A stretch of DNA of 63,930 bases, filler included, from Craspedostauros australis (lineage: Eukaryota), in assembly GCA_030167865.1 (NCBI GenBank). It is 8 parts of 8 records of this genome, joined end to end, with 100 filler letters (N's around TTAATTAATTAA, not from the genome) between each part and the next. Parts side by side here need not be neighbours in the genome. Positions count along the whole stretch, not along the records: positions 36,052 to 45,885 come from JALAGF010004056.1; positions 45,986 to 52,409 come from JALAGF010004057.1; 6 more parts are not named here. One strand, written 5' to 3'. This document shows, in pieces, positions 36,052-47,663 of this stretch. The notes below the pieces were generated by a model. That model saw nothing but the letters and a program-made list of their open reading frames with translations, made no database searches and was not told the DNA's origin. The translations under genes were made by a program, and so were the position numbers. Every line of letters starts with the position of its first letter. Position 1 is the first letter of the stretch.

Positions 36052-38280
36052 GTCGGCGATGTCTTCGAGGTTGTGGACGTCTGGAGATGTGTAGTCGTTG
36101 GTGGCCGGGTCGTGTACGATGTTGAGACTGGCGATCCACACCTCCGGACTGAACCATTTCTCAGCCTTCTCTCCCACTTTGTGACGTGCGATCGCTGGCA
36201 GCAGGCTCATGTAGTGCTTGGCTTCTTCTTGGTATTCGGGAAAGGAGTGGGCCACCACTTGGTCGTCGGTGCCTCTTGCGCGGTCCACACTGTGGAAGAT
36301 TCGTTTGCCTTTGTCGTTGGTCTCTCTGAGGATAAGCTTTCTGAGCGTGACGGACTTGTTGTCCCGGCCTTTGACTTTTTTGTCGAGGTGGATCACACCG
36401 TCGGCGTCGGAGTACTCGATCACTGACAGTATGGCTTGGTGTTTGGCCACCAATCCCTCTCTGAATTCGGCCTTCTTCCGCGACATCTGCTCATACTTTT
36501 TGTCGGGCAGGAATCTGAAGTTGGTGGCTCCTGGGCGTTCTTCTCTGGTGTTGAACAGGTTGGCGACCGCGGTGACGGCATTGTATGCTTGCGACCGCTC
36601 GACTTCGAGTTTGACTGCCCTCCATGGTTGTACCGTCCAGTGCCTCTTGCCTTCTCTGTACTTTTCTCTGGTTTCTGTGCTGACCTGAACTATGTTCTTG
36701 ATCTTGCCTCCGACTCGGACTTCGCTGTTGTTGCGGCGGAGGTTTCTGTTGATGATGTCAACCGTGCCGTCGACGTCGGTGAAGCCTCCGGAGTACAGCA
36801 GGAATCCGATTTCTTTGACTTCTTCTGCATCCTGGAGTTGAGCTTCGTATAGCCCCTCGTGTTCGTTGTAGTAGTAGGCGTTGAGTTCTGAGTTCCTGTT
36901 GGCTGTGATGTCAAATGGGTTCTCTCTGGTAGTGATGCGCACTTTGGCGTAGGTGATTCCTGTTGCTCCTGAAGGAGCTCGGATTCCAGGGAAGAAGGTT
37001 CGGAGTTCGTCCATCCTTTCTGGGATCTGCCCGGAGTGTGCAATGTGCGGTCCTGTGTTGCTGGACTCTCTCCATGGCAGTATCACCGCAGACGGGTCAA
37101 TTCGCCGGACTTGTCTAAACCAACGTCGGATACGGTCTCGGACTGCTGCCGTCGTGTCTTCCTCTGTCCGGTCAACATTGAGTTTGATGGTGAACCGGGT
37201 GGTGAACTCATGTCGTGGCGGCGCTATCTTCGTTTGCGATGTGTTGGACTCCTCGTCGGAGCTGACTGAGTCATCTGTCCTTGCTGTCGTTGGTGTTTGA
37301 CGGTTCTTGCTTTGCCGGGTGTTGGTGACGCCTGAGTCTGTGGACGTATCGCTGCCTTGCGCTGACCCTGTGGACTGTGAGCTTCCTCCGCTTTGCTGAC
37401 TGACCTGGTGCGAGTTCGTGGTGTGTCTTGGTGATTTGAATCTGGTCCTTTTCGTTGGCTGTCTGCTGGTGTATGAGTCACTATCGGTGCTGAGCGATTC
37501 TGTGTTCAGATGTATTGGCATTGACGCCGCTGCTGGTCCTTTCGATTCGTTGGGGTCGGTAGGGGAGTCCTCGTTGGTGTGTAGTGTCAGCCCTTCCATG
37601 CCTGTCTCGTTGTCTTCTGCGTCTTCGGCCGGTGCTGCTCCCAGATCGTAGTTAGATCCGAGGACTCGGTTCGCCGCTTTCCAGACTTTGACTGCTCTGG
37701 CGCTTTTCACCGTACTGTCGCTGTTGAGATGGGCGCGGAACACTTCGTGCGGGTTGGTTGATGCCACATTTAGTACGAACTGTAGGAGGCGCATTCTCGT
37801 GGGGTCTTTGTTAGGCAGTGTGATCGGCCCGAAAGCGGTTACTCTGCCGTCTGCCAGGTCTCTGAAAAAGTGTTCCCATTGCTTGGTTGTTGGATTCTCT
37901 CGATCTGCGGTTGCTTCATCTTTGTTGTACCATATCGCTCGTGCTCTCCATGCTGCCTTTGCGGCTCTGTCGATGGATCCGTCGCCGGTGGCTTTCTCAA
38001 ATGGCTCTACTTCGACGCCTGTCTTGTTGGCTGCTGTCTTGAATGTATTGGATCGGGGCCTGTATGTGATGGACACATCATCTGGATCGTCCTCCTCCAT
38101 TCCGCCGTCGTATGGGATCGCTCTTTTTGCTTGTCTTCGGGCTCGGTGTTGGTTGCTTGCATCTATACTTCCTTTGGCTGGGGGTTTGTCGGGCTCCTTG
38201 GGCGGAGGCTTCAAAGTTGGTGCTTCTTCGGGTTCGGTCTCTTCGCGATGGCTCGTGTTGGGTTGGTTGTTCGAAGTCAT
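36052..38280 (-). CDS. LINE ORF1, N-terminal 743 codons (about 870 aa when joined to the 3' part in the other contigs)
   Basis: 36052-36861 is the reverse complement of 25772-26581; ATG at 38280 follows an A-rich leader. Confidence 0.88.
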
Positions 38281-38517
38281 TTTGCTTTGCTGTTGTTTGT
38301 GTTGTGTTAGGGGATTAATTAGTTTTTATTTTTCTTTGGTTTGGTTTGTCGGAATTCCGAATCTATGGCGATTGGATTCTCCAGACCAAGACTTGGTCGA
38401 AGTCTCAATGCGGAGTCTGTGGCCGTGCCTCTTCTGCTCCGAATGATTGTTATCTCATGGTACAATCTCATCCTCCGTGAAAAGCATAATAGTGCACGTG
38501 GCAACCGCGTTGCGAGT

Positions 38518-40257
38518 TCAGGACCATGTATGATTCAAGTTGTCCAGAAGGCTACCCCACGTCGTCACACCTTCGAACAGTCGGTCCATGTCCACGCTGC
38601 AAAACTCGCGCTTCTCGTATGCGGTGCGGTGAAATGCTAATCGGTGCGCCGCTTCGCCATCAGCAGATGCGTACCACTCTGGCATCCATTCCTTCTCAAT
38701 CACAAGCGACATGCTCAAGATCTTCTCCAGTTCATCATCACTCGGACAATCCAAAGGAAGATCCACGAGGGTTTTGTTCAGCGAGCGTCCATGATGACCC
38801 GCCAACTCACCAACCATCTCCAATCTACTCCTGTTAGCTTGTACGCCCTCGCTAATCGTACCACGTTGCGCGGCAGTAAAAACAATGTCGTTGTAGGCAT
38901 ACCATACCATGTGGCGGATATTCATGACGCTGTCTTGCTTTGATCGCTCGAGGTGTGCACATGACCTTGGAGCGTCTTGAATGTAGTCACATAGCAGCTG
39001 CTTGGTGATGTGGCGTTGGTCGTGGAAGTTCATGACGTGGATCGAGAAGCCCGCGTCTCTCCACGCTGGGATGATGGTGTCGATGAAAACATAATTTGGC
39101 TTGAAAGACATGGTGAGTGGACTGCCGTCGCGCAGATTTGAGTTGTCGCTCACCCATTGTCGAATGACTGACAAAGTTCTCTCATATCTGATGCCACCAT
39201 CCTTGGGCCAGCGAGATGAAATCTGATTGCGTTCGGTGATTTGCCCCATGCCTTGCTTCAGACTGCTGAGTACCCAGTCGAAGACTCGGCGGTAGGTGAC
39301 GACCACCCTAATATCCCAGTCTCTCAGATAGTGTCGCAGGTTCTCAAAGAAGATAGGACTTGAAACCATCGCGCCCGGTTCGTAACGTGCACGAAGAGAG
39401 ATCAATTCCTCGCTGTATATAATTGATACATTCTGTTGTTTCGCTGCCTCGAGCACCGTGTGGGCAGAGCTCAAGCAAACTGGTAGCTTAGGTGCTGGTC
39501 GCATGGTTAAAGGGGGCGGCATCGACTCTAAGACTTCGTTGGGCGTACCAGTACCGTTGGTGAGGGACGTGTTGGCGAGCGACAGGTGCTCCTGTAGTGC
39601 ATGCTTGTAGGATGAATAGTGTAGAACCATGCATTTGCTATTGAAGAGCCTTCTCAAAGTAACCAACGAGATGCCGCGCCTCTTCCAATCGGGACTGTCA
39701 CGTCCAGTCTGCCAAAACCCATCTCGGATGAGGAGTGCATTCCTCATCAGCCCATGCATGTCATTTTGCAAGGAAGTCGTGGCAGTTTTGGGAGGACCAA
39801 AGTGGAAGATCATCTGGCGCTTCTTCGTTGCGTGGGTGCCTGCGGGTGTTGCAGCTGTCCGTGAAACAGGGGTGGCTGTTTTGTCCAATGATGTGGGCGT
39901 AGCCGATGGCACTGAGACATTCTCATGCGGTTCCAGAGCAATCTGCGAACGGCTTGCGGTTGACAAACTGCCAACTTCCTCTCCACCAGCATGTTGGAGT
40001 GTTGGTGCATCGAGTTCGACGTAGTGCTGTGGTATGGTCCTGGTCAGGAAGAGCTGAATTGTGACAAAGAGCACGGAAAGAGCAAAGCACACCGCGGTTC
40101 TCGTCTTTGGATCCGTCATCGCGGTCCAGGTCATCACGACCGGCTGGTGCGCCCTTTGCTTGTGACGACCAATGGCCAGTTCAGAGCCGCTCAGCTTCTT
40201 GGTTCGCGCTGTGTTCGAGGACCTCGCGCGTTTATCTTTCGCTTTACCATCCATCAT
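38518..40257 (-). CDS. Type II membrane sulfotransferase-like (P-loop) protein
   Basis: TM segment AVCFALSVLFVTIQLFL; 5'-PSB-like FHFGPPKTATTSLQ; IIYSEE; VVVTYRRVFDWVLS. The start codon is uncertain; the first in-frame ATG is at 40257. Confidence 0.75.
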   Translation of the reverse strand: MMDGKAKDKRARSSNTARTKKLSGSELAIGRHKQRAHQPVVMTWTAMTDPKTRTAVCFALSVLFVTIQLFLTRTIPQHYVELDAPTLQHAGGEEVGSLSTASRSQIALEPHENVSVPSATPTSLDKTATPVSRTAATPAGTHATKKRQMIFHFGPPKTATTSLQNDMHGLMRNALLIRDGFWQTGRDSPDWKRRGISLVTLRRLFNSKCMVLHYSSYKHALQEHLSLANTSLTNGTGTPNEVLESMPPPLTMRPAPKLPVCLSSAHTVLEAAKQQNVSIIYSEELISLRARYEPGAMVSSPIFFENLRHYLRDWDIRVVVTYRRVFDWVLSSLKQGMGQITERNQISSRWPKDGGIRYERTLSVIRQWVSDNSNLRDGSPLTMSFKPNYVFIDTIIPAWRDAGFSIHVMNFHDQRHITKQLLCDYIQDAPRSCAHLERSKQDSVMNIRHMVWYAYNDIVFTAAQRGTISEGVQANRSRLEMVGELAGHHGRSLNKTLVDLPLDCPSDDELEKILSMSLVIEKEWMPEWYASADGEAAHRLAFHRTAYEKREFCSVDMDRLFEGVTTWGSLLDNLNHTWS

Positions 40258-41357
40258 CACAAGATTCTTCAACTCAGGCCAGAATGTGTGGACGTTGGTG
40301 GCGCTACCAAGTCTCGGTGTGTATGATGCTGTTTTTGTTGTTGTTTTGAACAGATCTTGCCGTGAGGCGAGTTCTGTCACAATGGTTGTTCAAATGCGAA
40401 TGGTGGATTGTGCGACGTGGCGCGGGGGAAAGGAATCATGCCTTTCCTCTGAAAAAAAAACAAGTAACGTTTTCTTCTATTCTAACTGTCAAAAGTCGAC
40501 ACCCAAACTGTCTTCATTCGCGCAAAACAGCTGGATTTCAATGCGGACCACTGACAGACCTGGATGACGCGATAGTGTCGCAGGGACAACAGCCGTGTGC
40601 TGATTGAGCGAGTCGTCAATCGCTTTCGTGACCGGCGTTTCTGGCTTGTCCGGAGGGAATGGTCGTTGGAACGAACTGGTTCAACAAGGGGAAGAATCCG
40701 CGCACGCGTACAAACTTGGAGCGTTCCGGGATCGACAACACGACCAACCAGAAAACAGAGCGAAGTTTGTCTGGAGAGGTGAAACTGGCGCGAAACAAGA
40801 GGGAAATCGCGGACACGCCATTTTCTCCACCTGGGGCGTTCTGGTGATGGGCGACCATCCACAAAGAGTTGCGCACATCAAAGCGTCGCCGCTTCAATGA
40901 CCTGCATGCGCCATGACGCGAACGTGCTGCACGATCTACGGCCTACGAGTGGCATGGGTCAGGAGTGAAGGGCTGGAGGAGAGGTTGATGCACAACCAAT
41001 CTGCGACCTCCATACCACACGACCACAAGCGCGGGCACAAGCGCAAGCAACACAAGAGGCATCCGACCACACCGCACCGCGTGGCTTCGAATTGAATTGG
41101 ATCACAAACACCACCATTTCCTCTCGATTTCCATCGTCGGAATCGTCGTGTACCTGTGCAGGGCGGAGTCGTTGGTCTTCCCTGTCTGCCCCAGAGGAGT
41201 CTCTCATCGTTTGCACGTTGGCATATCCACCTCAGTCGAGTTCCGTCCCCGTCAGTCACTCTCGACTGCCTCAAGTCCACAACCAGCCGCCGTCGGCACA
41301 GATCACGTCGCACCACCACCAGAGCACAAGAGCAGCAGCTGCAGCATTCACAATATC

Positions 41358-43296
41358 ATGGGACGGGATCGCACCCACAACCAATTCATTGCGCAGGCCG
41401 CTGCAATGACGACTGGCGCCGTGCTCTCCGTCATCGGTTCGTCGCTCATCGTCAACATGGTCAGACGTGATGTATCGTCGGTGTATCACCGAATCCTGAT
41501 CATGCTTTCGATCGGCGACATCATCTTCAGTCTGTCCAACACGGTGCATCTCTTCCTCGTTCCGGGCGACCGGACGGACAGCCCCATCGCGAACGGAAAC
41601 GACAGCACCTGCAATGCTCTCGGCTTTATCCTCAATGGAGCCTCCATGTACATATCCGCCTACAACGCATTCCTGGCCACCAACTTCTATCTGCAGATCG
41701 GATACAAGTGGACCAACGAGCAGGTCGCGAAGAAGATCGAACCTACCGTTCATTTCATTGCCTTCGTGCTGGCCACCGCATTCCCCATCATCGCGCTGGT
41801 GCGCGACACGTACGCATTGGACTCGAACACAGGAACCTGCCTCATGGGGAGTTACTCTGAGATATGCGAGGACGTGGTCGTGCCGATCAACCATACCGAG
41901 TCCGCCTTCAATGTGAGCACGTGGGAGTCGTCCTTCGATGCAACGATCGATAGCAACGGTGCCGCCACCACGACAATTCAGGAGTGCAAGGCCGGGCCCC
42001 TTGAGTTTGATTACATGACGAATGTGGTCACCTTCATCTTGGGGATTCTCGGTGGCATCGGCATCATCAGTACGGTCGGTCTATACCGAGCAGTCTACTC
42101 CACCTACTCTGCGAACCAGAGGTACGCCGTCACGGCACAGCCATCTGCCGCGATTGATGGAGAAGAGAGTCGCGGTCGCCGATCCCAAAGTGCAATCCAT
42201 GTGCCATCTCCGCGAGAGGAACGTCTGAAACAGGTCACCTGGCAATGCGTGATGTATGGTGTGTAAGTAGCTCGTCGTCCACAAGAGTATGTATCACATA
42301 GTACATACATACAAAGAGTGCACGTGGAGTCTTGCCCGCTACGCAATCAATGCGACTGCGTACCTGAGGAGGCAAGCCCTTTGCGCTGCTGAATTGGATG
42401 CCCATCGTTGCAAATTGCGTGCAGCCACCCATCTCTTGTTCACACCTCGGACTTTCCCTCAATCTTGCCTCGTCTCTCTCTCTATCTCTTCCACGCATCA
42501 ATACAGCATCTACTGCAATACGTTCGTGTGGGCGTTTGCGTTCGGAGTCATATATTGGACAACGGATGTGAGCGACGACCTTGGGCATCCAGCGATCTTC
42601 ACATTGGTACTGCTCTGCAGTTTCTTCTTTTCTGCGCAAGGTTTCTTCAACTTTGGCGTATTCATCTGGTCCAAGTACCAAAAGACGAGGAAAGCTGCGG
42701 AGCGGAGGTTGCGACAAATCGTAGCAGAGCAACAGTCGTCCCGAGCCAAGCCCCAATCCAATCGAAATCTACAAATCAACGCACCCGCACAGCAAATATC
42801 GGCACAAGGTGAGGATGACAGCATCCCGAAGATCAGTTCGATTCTGATCCTGTATTGGACCATCAAGGAGGTTGACTTATCCAAGATGAGCTTCTCCGAA
42901 CGGTCGTTTCCCAGCCTCTATCGGGAGAGAAAGATGGACGAAGGCAATGCTTCATCCATTATGGGGTTGGCGAACAATCGCAAGACCATCATGTCGATTT
43001 CGAGCAGACCTGCGAGTGCGGTGGTCAAGGAAGTTATCAACCGTGCTGCTGCGAATGCTGCCGCTGATGTATCGCAACATGCCAATAGCGACGAATCAAC
43101 AGACCCCGTGCCATCTCGACCGGATTCGGCGAGAACGGAAGACGAGGAGAGCAGACTTGGACCGCAACTGAATGAAGGGATGCAGGCAAACCAAACAAGT
43201 GGACAGCCGCCTTCCACGGATGCAACATCGCCCAGCAGCAGTAGCAGTAGCAGCAGCAAGTGCAAGACTATCAATTATGCGGGCGACATTCGATAG
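41358..43296 (+). CDS. 7TM GPCR-like receptor (cAMP-receptor-like diatom family); exons 41358-42262 and 42507-43296
   Basis: Motifs LSVIGSSLIV, YHRILIMLSIGD, GNDSTCNALGF, YNAFLATNFYL, KKIEP and QGFFNFGVF. A GTAAGT donor at 42263 and a pyrimidine tract plus CAG at 42506 join the two frames in phase (MYGV-IYCNTFVW). Confidence 0.88.
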
Positions 43297-45130
43297 CTTG
43301 TATTCTACACATGCCGCAACAGCTGATAAACAGTGATGGATTCAGATTGCAGGTAGAGAGGGGCAGAGATTGGATGAGGTCCGAGATCGGGAGCGCAAGA
43401 GCGAGAGCACGGAATGGAACGGATCATTGTACCACGCGACAGTCCCGGCGCCTGCAAGGCGGTATCTTCACGAAATAGCACCATGAGATCAAACCTCCAA
43501 TGGCGGAGGAGCGGCAAGAGCACTCCATGGAATTTCAAGAACTCCGCAGGCGGAATACGCATGCGGAAAAGCGCACGCATCTCGCGGCCCTCCACATTCT
43601 TGCATGCAATCGCAAAACGGCATCGAGAACTCGTAGCCGCTGCTTACGAGTATCCAATGCGCCATTCATGGTCGTACATTGAAGTGAATTGAATTGGTAT
43701 CGTTGACGGTTTTGTGGAGTGACGCGACGAGGGAAGAAGCGGATCAAGAAGTCCAGATCGACCGAAAAATGATGCAGATGCGGCCTGCCCCGACCCCAAC
43801 CTTTCCCAACAGCACATCCGTGGCTGCTGGCTACGACTTTGAGTATCCACCACGAGGCCGTCATCCGTGCAGCTGAAGTGAGCATCTTGTTTAGCATCTG
43901 CGGATGAGCCATCATCGTGAGCGGTCCCTCCCGAGAGGCCGACACAAGAGAAGAACGCGTCCTTGACTGATCGTGCAACGGTTGGGCTTGCGATGTTGGC
44001 AGCTCCATCCTGGCGCTTCTTGAGAGGTCTCGGAGAAAGGCCATCGATTGTAGGTCGTAATTCTACCCATGCCGTCCTTGCGCGTCCATCCGCCTTGTGC
44101 TGAGCCCTTCTTCGCTTTTCGGGCAATCTGTCCCCATGCCGTGATAAATCTCACGGTGTGACGCTCGCCCGCCAGAGTCCAAGGTTAATGTTCTTGTCCC
44201 TCGCACAAGTGCAGGTTAATGCCCACAAATGTGGAGAAGTTGGACTCGTAGTTTTTAGTGATGGTTTAGTCGCTCCCAAAGCACCATCGCGTTCTGACAG
44301 GACACGCGAAAAGAAGACGGACTCTATCATGCCGACAAGACCCGAATGTCACCTCATTTAGTCGCTGGAAACAGTCATCGATGGCGTGTAGTCGCGTCAA
44401 TGGGTTCTATTCGCTGTGCTCTTTCCGAGATGTCATTTCGGATCACGGCGACCTGTTGTCGCGTCGCCTTTGGAAGTGCGAAAGGAACAAACCTCACAAC
44501 CAGCCTTGTAGGTTCACCACACGCGAAGAGAGAGAGAGGAGCGCCCTTGAGAACACGAAGAACTGTACCATGGATTACATTTCATGGGGCCGCTGAGGCT
44601 GGTCCTTCGCTGAAGAGAGATCTGAGTGTCGATGCCTTTCCTCACCAGCTTGACCACACAATTTTACACAGGCATGTGCTCATGCAGTGCTCTCCGTTCC
44701 CCGTCTCGTCTTGGAAATTCATTGCAGATGTCTCTGAGTTCCACGAAGGTACGAGGCAAGAGATGCCGTCATGGCATACTATGATACACCGTGGCCCACC
44801 CATTCTGGTGTCAATGGTGATTGTTGCGTCCGCTGTTTGCTGGTGCGAATGAATGCCAACTCAGGTCCATGCGAAAGCGTCTCACCATCCTTGTCGAATT
44901 CACATATCTTCCTTCTCACGTCTTTTCTTCACTCTCTCTTTCTTCAATGGTTTGGATCGTCGCACTCGTTCCCACAGGCACGTACGAGCACCAAAGAGAT
45001 ATAATATTATACAAGGACTCTATTCATCTTCCGCCCCTTCAAATCTTCGATTCGTCGGCTTCACCACAGACCAGCTGGCCACCTCCTATCACCGCAAGTA
45101 CTGGCGCAATCTCCGCAACCACACTTCATC

Positions 45131-45885
45131 ATGGGGCAAGATCGCACTGATGCCCAGTTCATCGCTCAGGCAGCTGCCATGTCCGTAAGCAGCGTGCTCT
45201 CCATCATCGGTTCATCACTCATCCTCATCATGGTCAGACGCGACACATCGTTGGTCTATCATCGCATCCTCATCATGCTTTCGATAGGGGACATCGTCTT
45301 CGGCCTGTTCAACGCAATGCATCTATTCGCAGTGCCCGCCGACCGCACAATCAGCCCCGTCGCAATTGGAAACGACACCACGTGCACTGCCTTCGGATTC
45401 GTTCTCAACGTCGCTTCAGTATACACGTCAGTGTACAACGCATTCCTTGCCACCAACTTCTACCTTCAGATCCGTTACAAATGGACGAACCGACAGATCG
45501 CCGAGAAGATCGAACCCTTCGTTCATGCGTTCGCTATCGGTATGAGCACGGTGATTCCCACCGTTGCGCTGATCCAGGACAAGTACGCGCTCAATTACAT
45601 GTCGGGGCTGTGTCTGATGGGAACCTACGCCGAGGTCTGCGAAGAAGTGATCGTGCCGGTCGACGATCTCGATGTTGCCATCAACGGCACCTCTGCTGTC
45701 ACCACAGTTCTGGAATGCACACCGGCGGCGGTTGACTTCAGTGATTTGGCCTACGGCGCTGCAGGGATTCTAACAGTCCTTGGCAACATTGGCATTTACA
45801 GCACTGTGGGACTGTACCGGACAGTCTACTCCACCTACTCTGCGAATGAACGATATGTTGTCTCGTCATCTCCATCGACCGTGGG
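45131..45885 (+). CDS. Second, tandem GPCR-like paralog, truncated by the gap
   Basis: Colinear with the 41358 gene (MGQDRTDAQFIAQAAAM, YHRILIMLSIGD, YNAFLATNFYLQI.YKWTN). Confidence 0.88.
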
Positions 45886-46058
45886 NNNNNNNNNNNNNNN
45901 NNNNNNNNNNNNNNNNNNNNNNNNNNNNNTTAATTAATTAANNNNNNNNNNNNNNNNNNNNNNNNNNNNNNNNNNNNNNNNNNNNCAACAGCATATTACA
46001 ATACTACATGTCCCCACGCACAACCAAACCCTTCCAACGAACAAACAAGAGAACAACC

Positions 46059-47663
46059 ATGGGACTGAAACGAACAACCGCCGTGCTCGCGACCGTGCTC
46101 GCGACCGTGCTCTCGGCAGCAGCCCTCATCAGTCAGCATGACACATCTCCATTCGCATCTGCCTTCACGATGACGCCAAGGATCCGACAGCCAAGCACGA
46201 AACTCATCTCTGGACATCCCTTGCACTATCAGCTGTGCCCCGAGTGCGACACAGATCAAGACAATCACAAGTCACATGCATGGCAGCATGATGGATCCGA
46301 TGTTGATCGTGAGCTGACACAACAGCCATCCACAGCATTCCTGCCTGCCATGGTCACTCCTTCCGACATTCTCGACATTGACGCACGCATCAACACACAC
46401 ATCGACACTCTTCCCCAGCTACATGGTGTCACCATCTCGCTCCTCAGCGACAAACCTGATGGCCAAACGCAAACGCAAAACGGAAGCCGAAGACAAAGAC
46501 AAAGGGGAAGCGAGAGGAATATCAATGACTCCGCCAATACTGCAAGTATGCCCTTGGTCATCTCTCCCAGCACAGACCAATCATCATCATTGCAGTTCCT
46601 CCAGACCTTCATGAAGACGCATCGAGAATGGCTCGATCGACAGATGCTGCACTACGGTGCCATCCTCTTCCGCGGATTCGACATCCAACAGGCGAGCGAC
46701 GTCGAGGCCGCCATCCAATCCTACCAGCCCAACCTCAACAATCAATACCGCGGAACATCACCGCGCGACGTGCAGCCCAACACCAACTACATCTTCTCGG
46801 CCGCCGAGGCACCGTCGTACTTTCCCATCGCGCAGCACATCGAAATGAGCTTCCTGCCCGCCCCACCAAAGCAGCTCTTCTTCAGCGCCCTGCAGGCACC
46901 CAAGACGGCCGGCGGTGAGACGGCACTCGCGGACTTTCGCAAGGTCTACACCGACATCCAGACGAGGGCGCCCAAACTGTTTGAAAAGCTGCTGACAAAG
47001 AAACTGAAGTACACGCGCACGCATCACAAGAACGGGGCGCGTTGGACGCACGACGTGGCAGCCATGCAAGGTTGGTCGGATGTGTTTGGAACCACTGACA
47101 AGGCCGTCGTCGAGGCCCTCGCCAAGGAGGAGGACCTCACCATGCAATGGGAAGGCAAGAACAACGACACCTTCGTCAGCGAGTACGTGTCGGATGCCTT
47201 CCAGCTGCATCCGCAGACCAAGCAGCCAGTGTGGTTCAACCATGCGCAGGTCTTCCATCCCACCACGTTCCCTGCCGACCTGGTCGCTGCCTTCCGACGC
47301 ACCAAGCAATGGCGACTGCTGTGGCATGCTGCGCGCGTGACGGCGTTCTCCATGATCTGGTACGGCCTGCTGCGCCAGAAGATGGCCCTGCACGTGACCT
47401 TCGGCGATGGCAGCGCCATCTCGCCGCGGGAGATGCACATCATCCGCAGCGCCATCCACAGGAACATGGTGTTCAATCGTTGGCAGCAGGGCGATCTGGT
47501 GATGATCGACAACTTTTCGACATCGCACGGTCGTCAGCCGACGTATGACAAGGGCCGCAAGGTGGTGGTGGCGTGGTCGGATCCTGCGGAGAAGTCGGAT
47601 CTGCTGTCCAGCGTCGATGACGCGAACGCAGTCGCAAGCGAAGAGATGAGCATCTTCGAATGA
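46059..47663 (+). CDS. TauD/TfdA-family (SyrP/clavaminate-synthase-like) Fe(II)/2OG dioxygenase with a bipartite plastid-targeting presequence
   Basis: GAILFRGF, HIE (HxE), GGETALADFRKVY, WFNHAQVFH and WQQGDLVMIDN...HGR; hydrophobic signal peptide followed by ASA-F at 46155-46166. Confidence 0.88.
   Translation: MGLKRTTAVLATVLATVLSAAALISQHDTSPFASAFTMTPRIRQPSTKLISGHPLHYQLCPECDTDQDNHKSHAWQHDGSDVDRELTQQPSTAFLPAMVTPSDILDIDARINTHIDTLPQLHGVTISLLSDKPDGQTQTQNGSRRQRQRGSERNINDSANTASMPLVISPSTDQSSSLQFLQTFMKTHREWLDRQMLHYGAILFRGFDIQQASDVEAAIQSYQPNLNNQYRGTSPRDVQPNTNYIFSAAEAPSYFPIAQHIEMSFLPAPPKQLFFSALQAPKTAGGETALADFRKVYTDIQTRAPKLFEKLLTKKLKYTRTHHKNGARWTHDVAAMQGWSDVFGTTDKAVVEALAKEEDLTMQWEGKNNDTFVSEYVSDAFQLHPQTKQPVWFNHAQVFHPTTFPADLVAAFRRTKQWRLLWHAARVTAFSMIWYGLLRQKMALHVTFGDGSAISPREMHIIRSAIHRNMVFNRWQQGDLVMIDNFSTSHGRQPTYDKGRKVVVAWSDPAEKSDLLSSVDDANAVASEEMSIFE

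Noticed and set aside
25772..38280. Apparent tandem and inverted array of three LINEs
   Set aside because: Each piece is on a separate contig, so the arrangement is not evidence of a real array.
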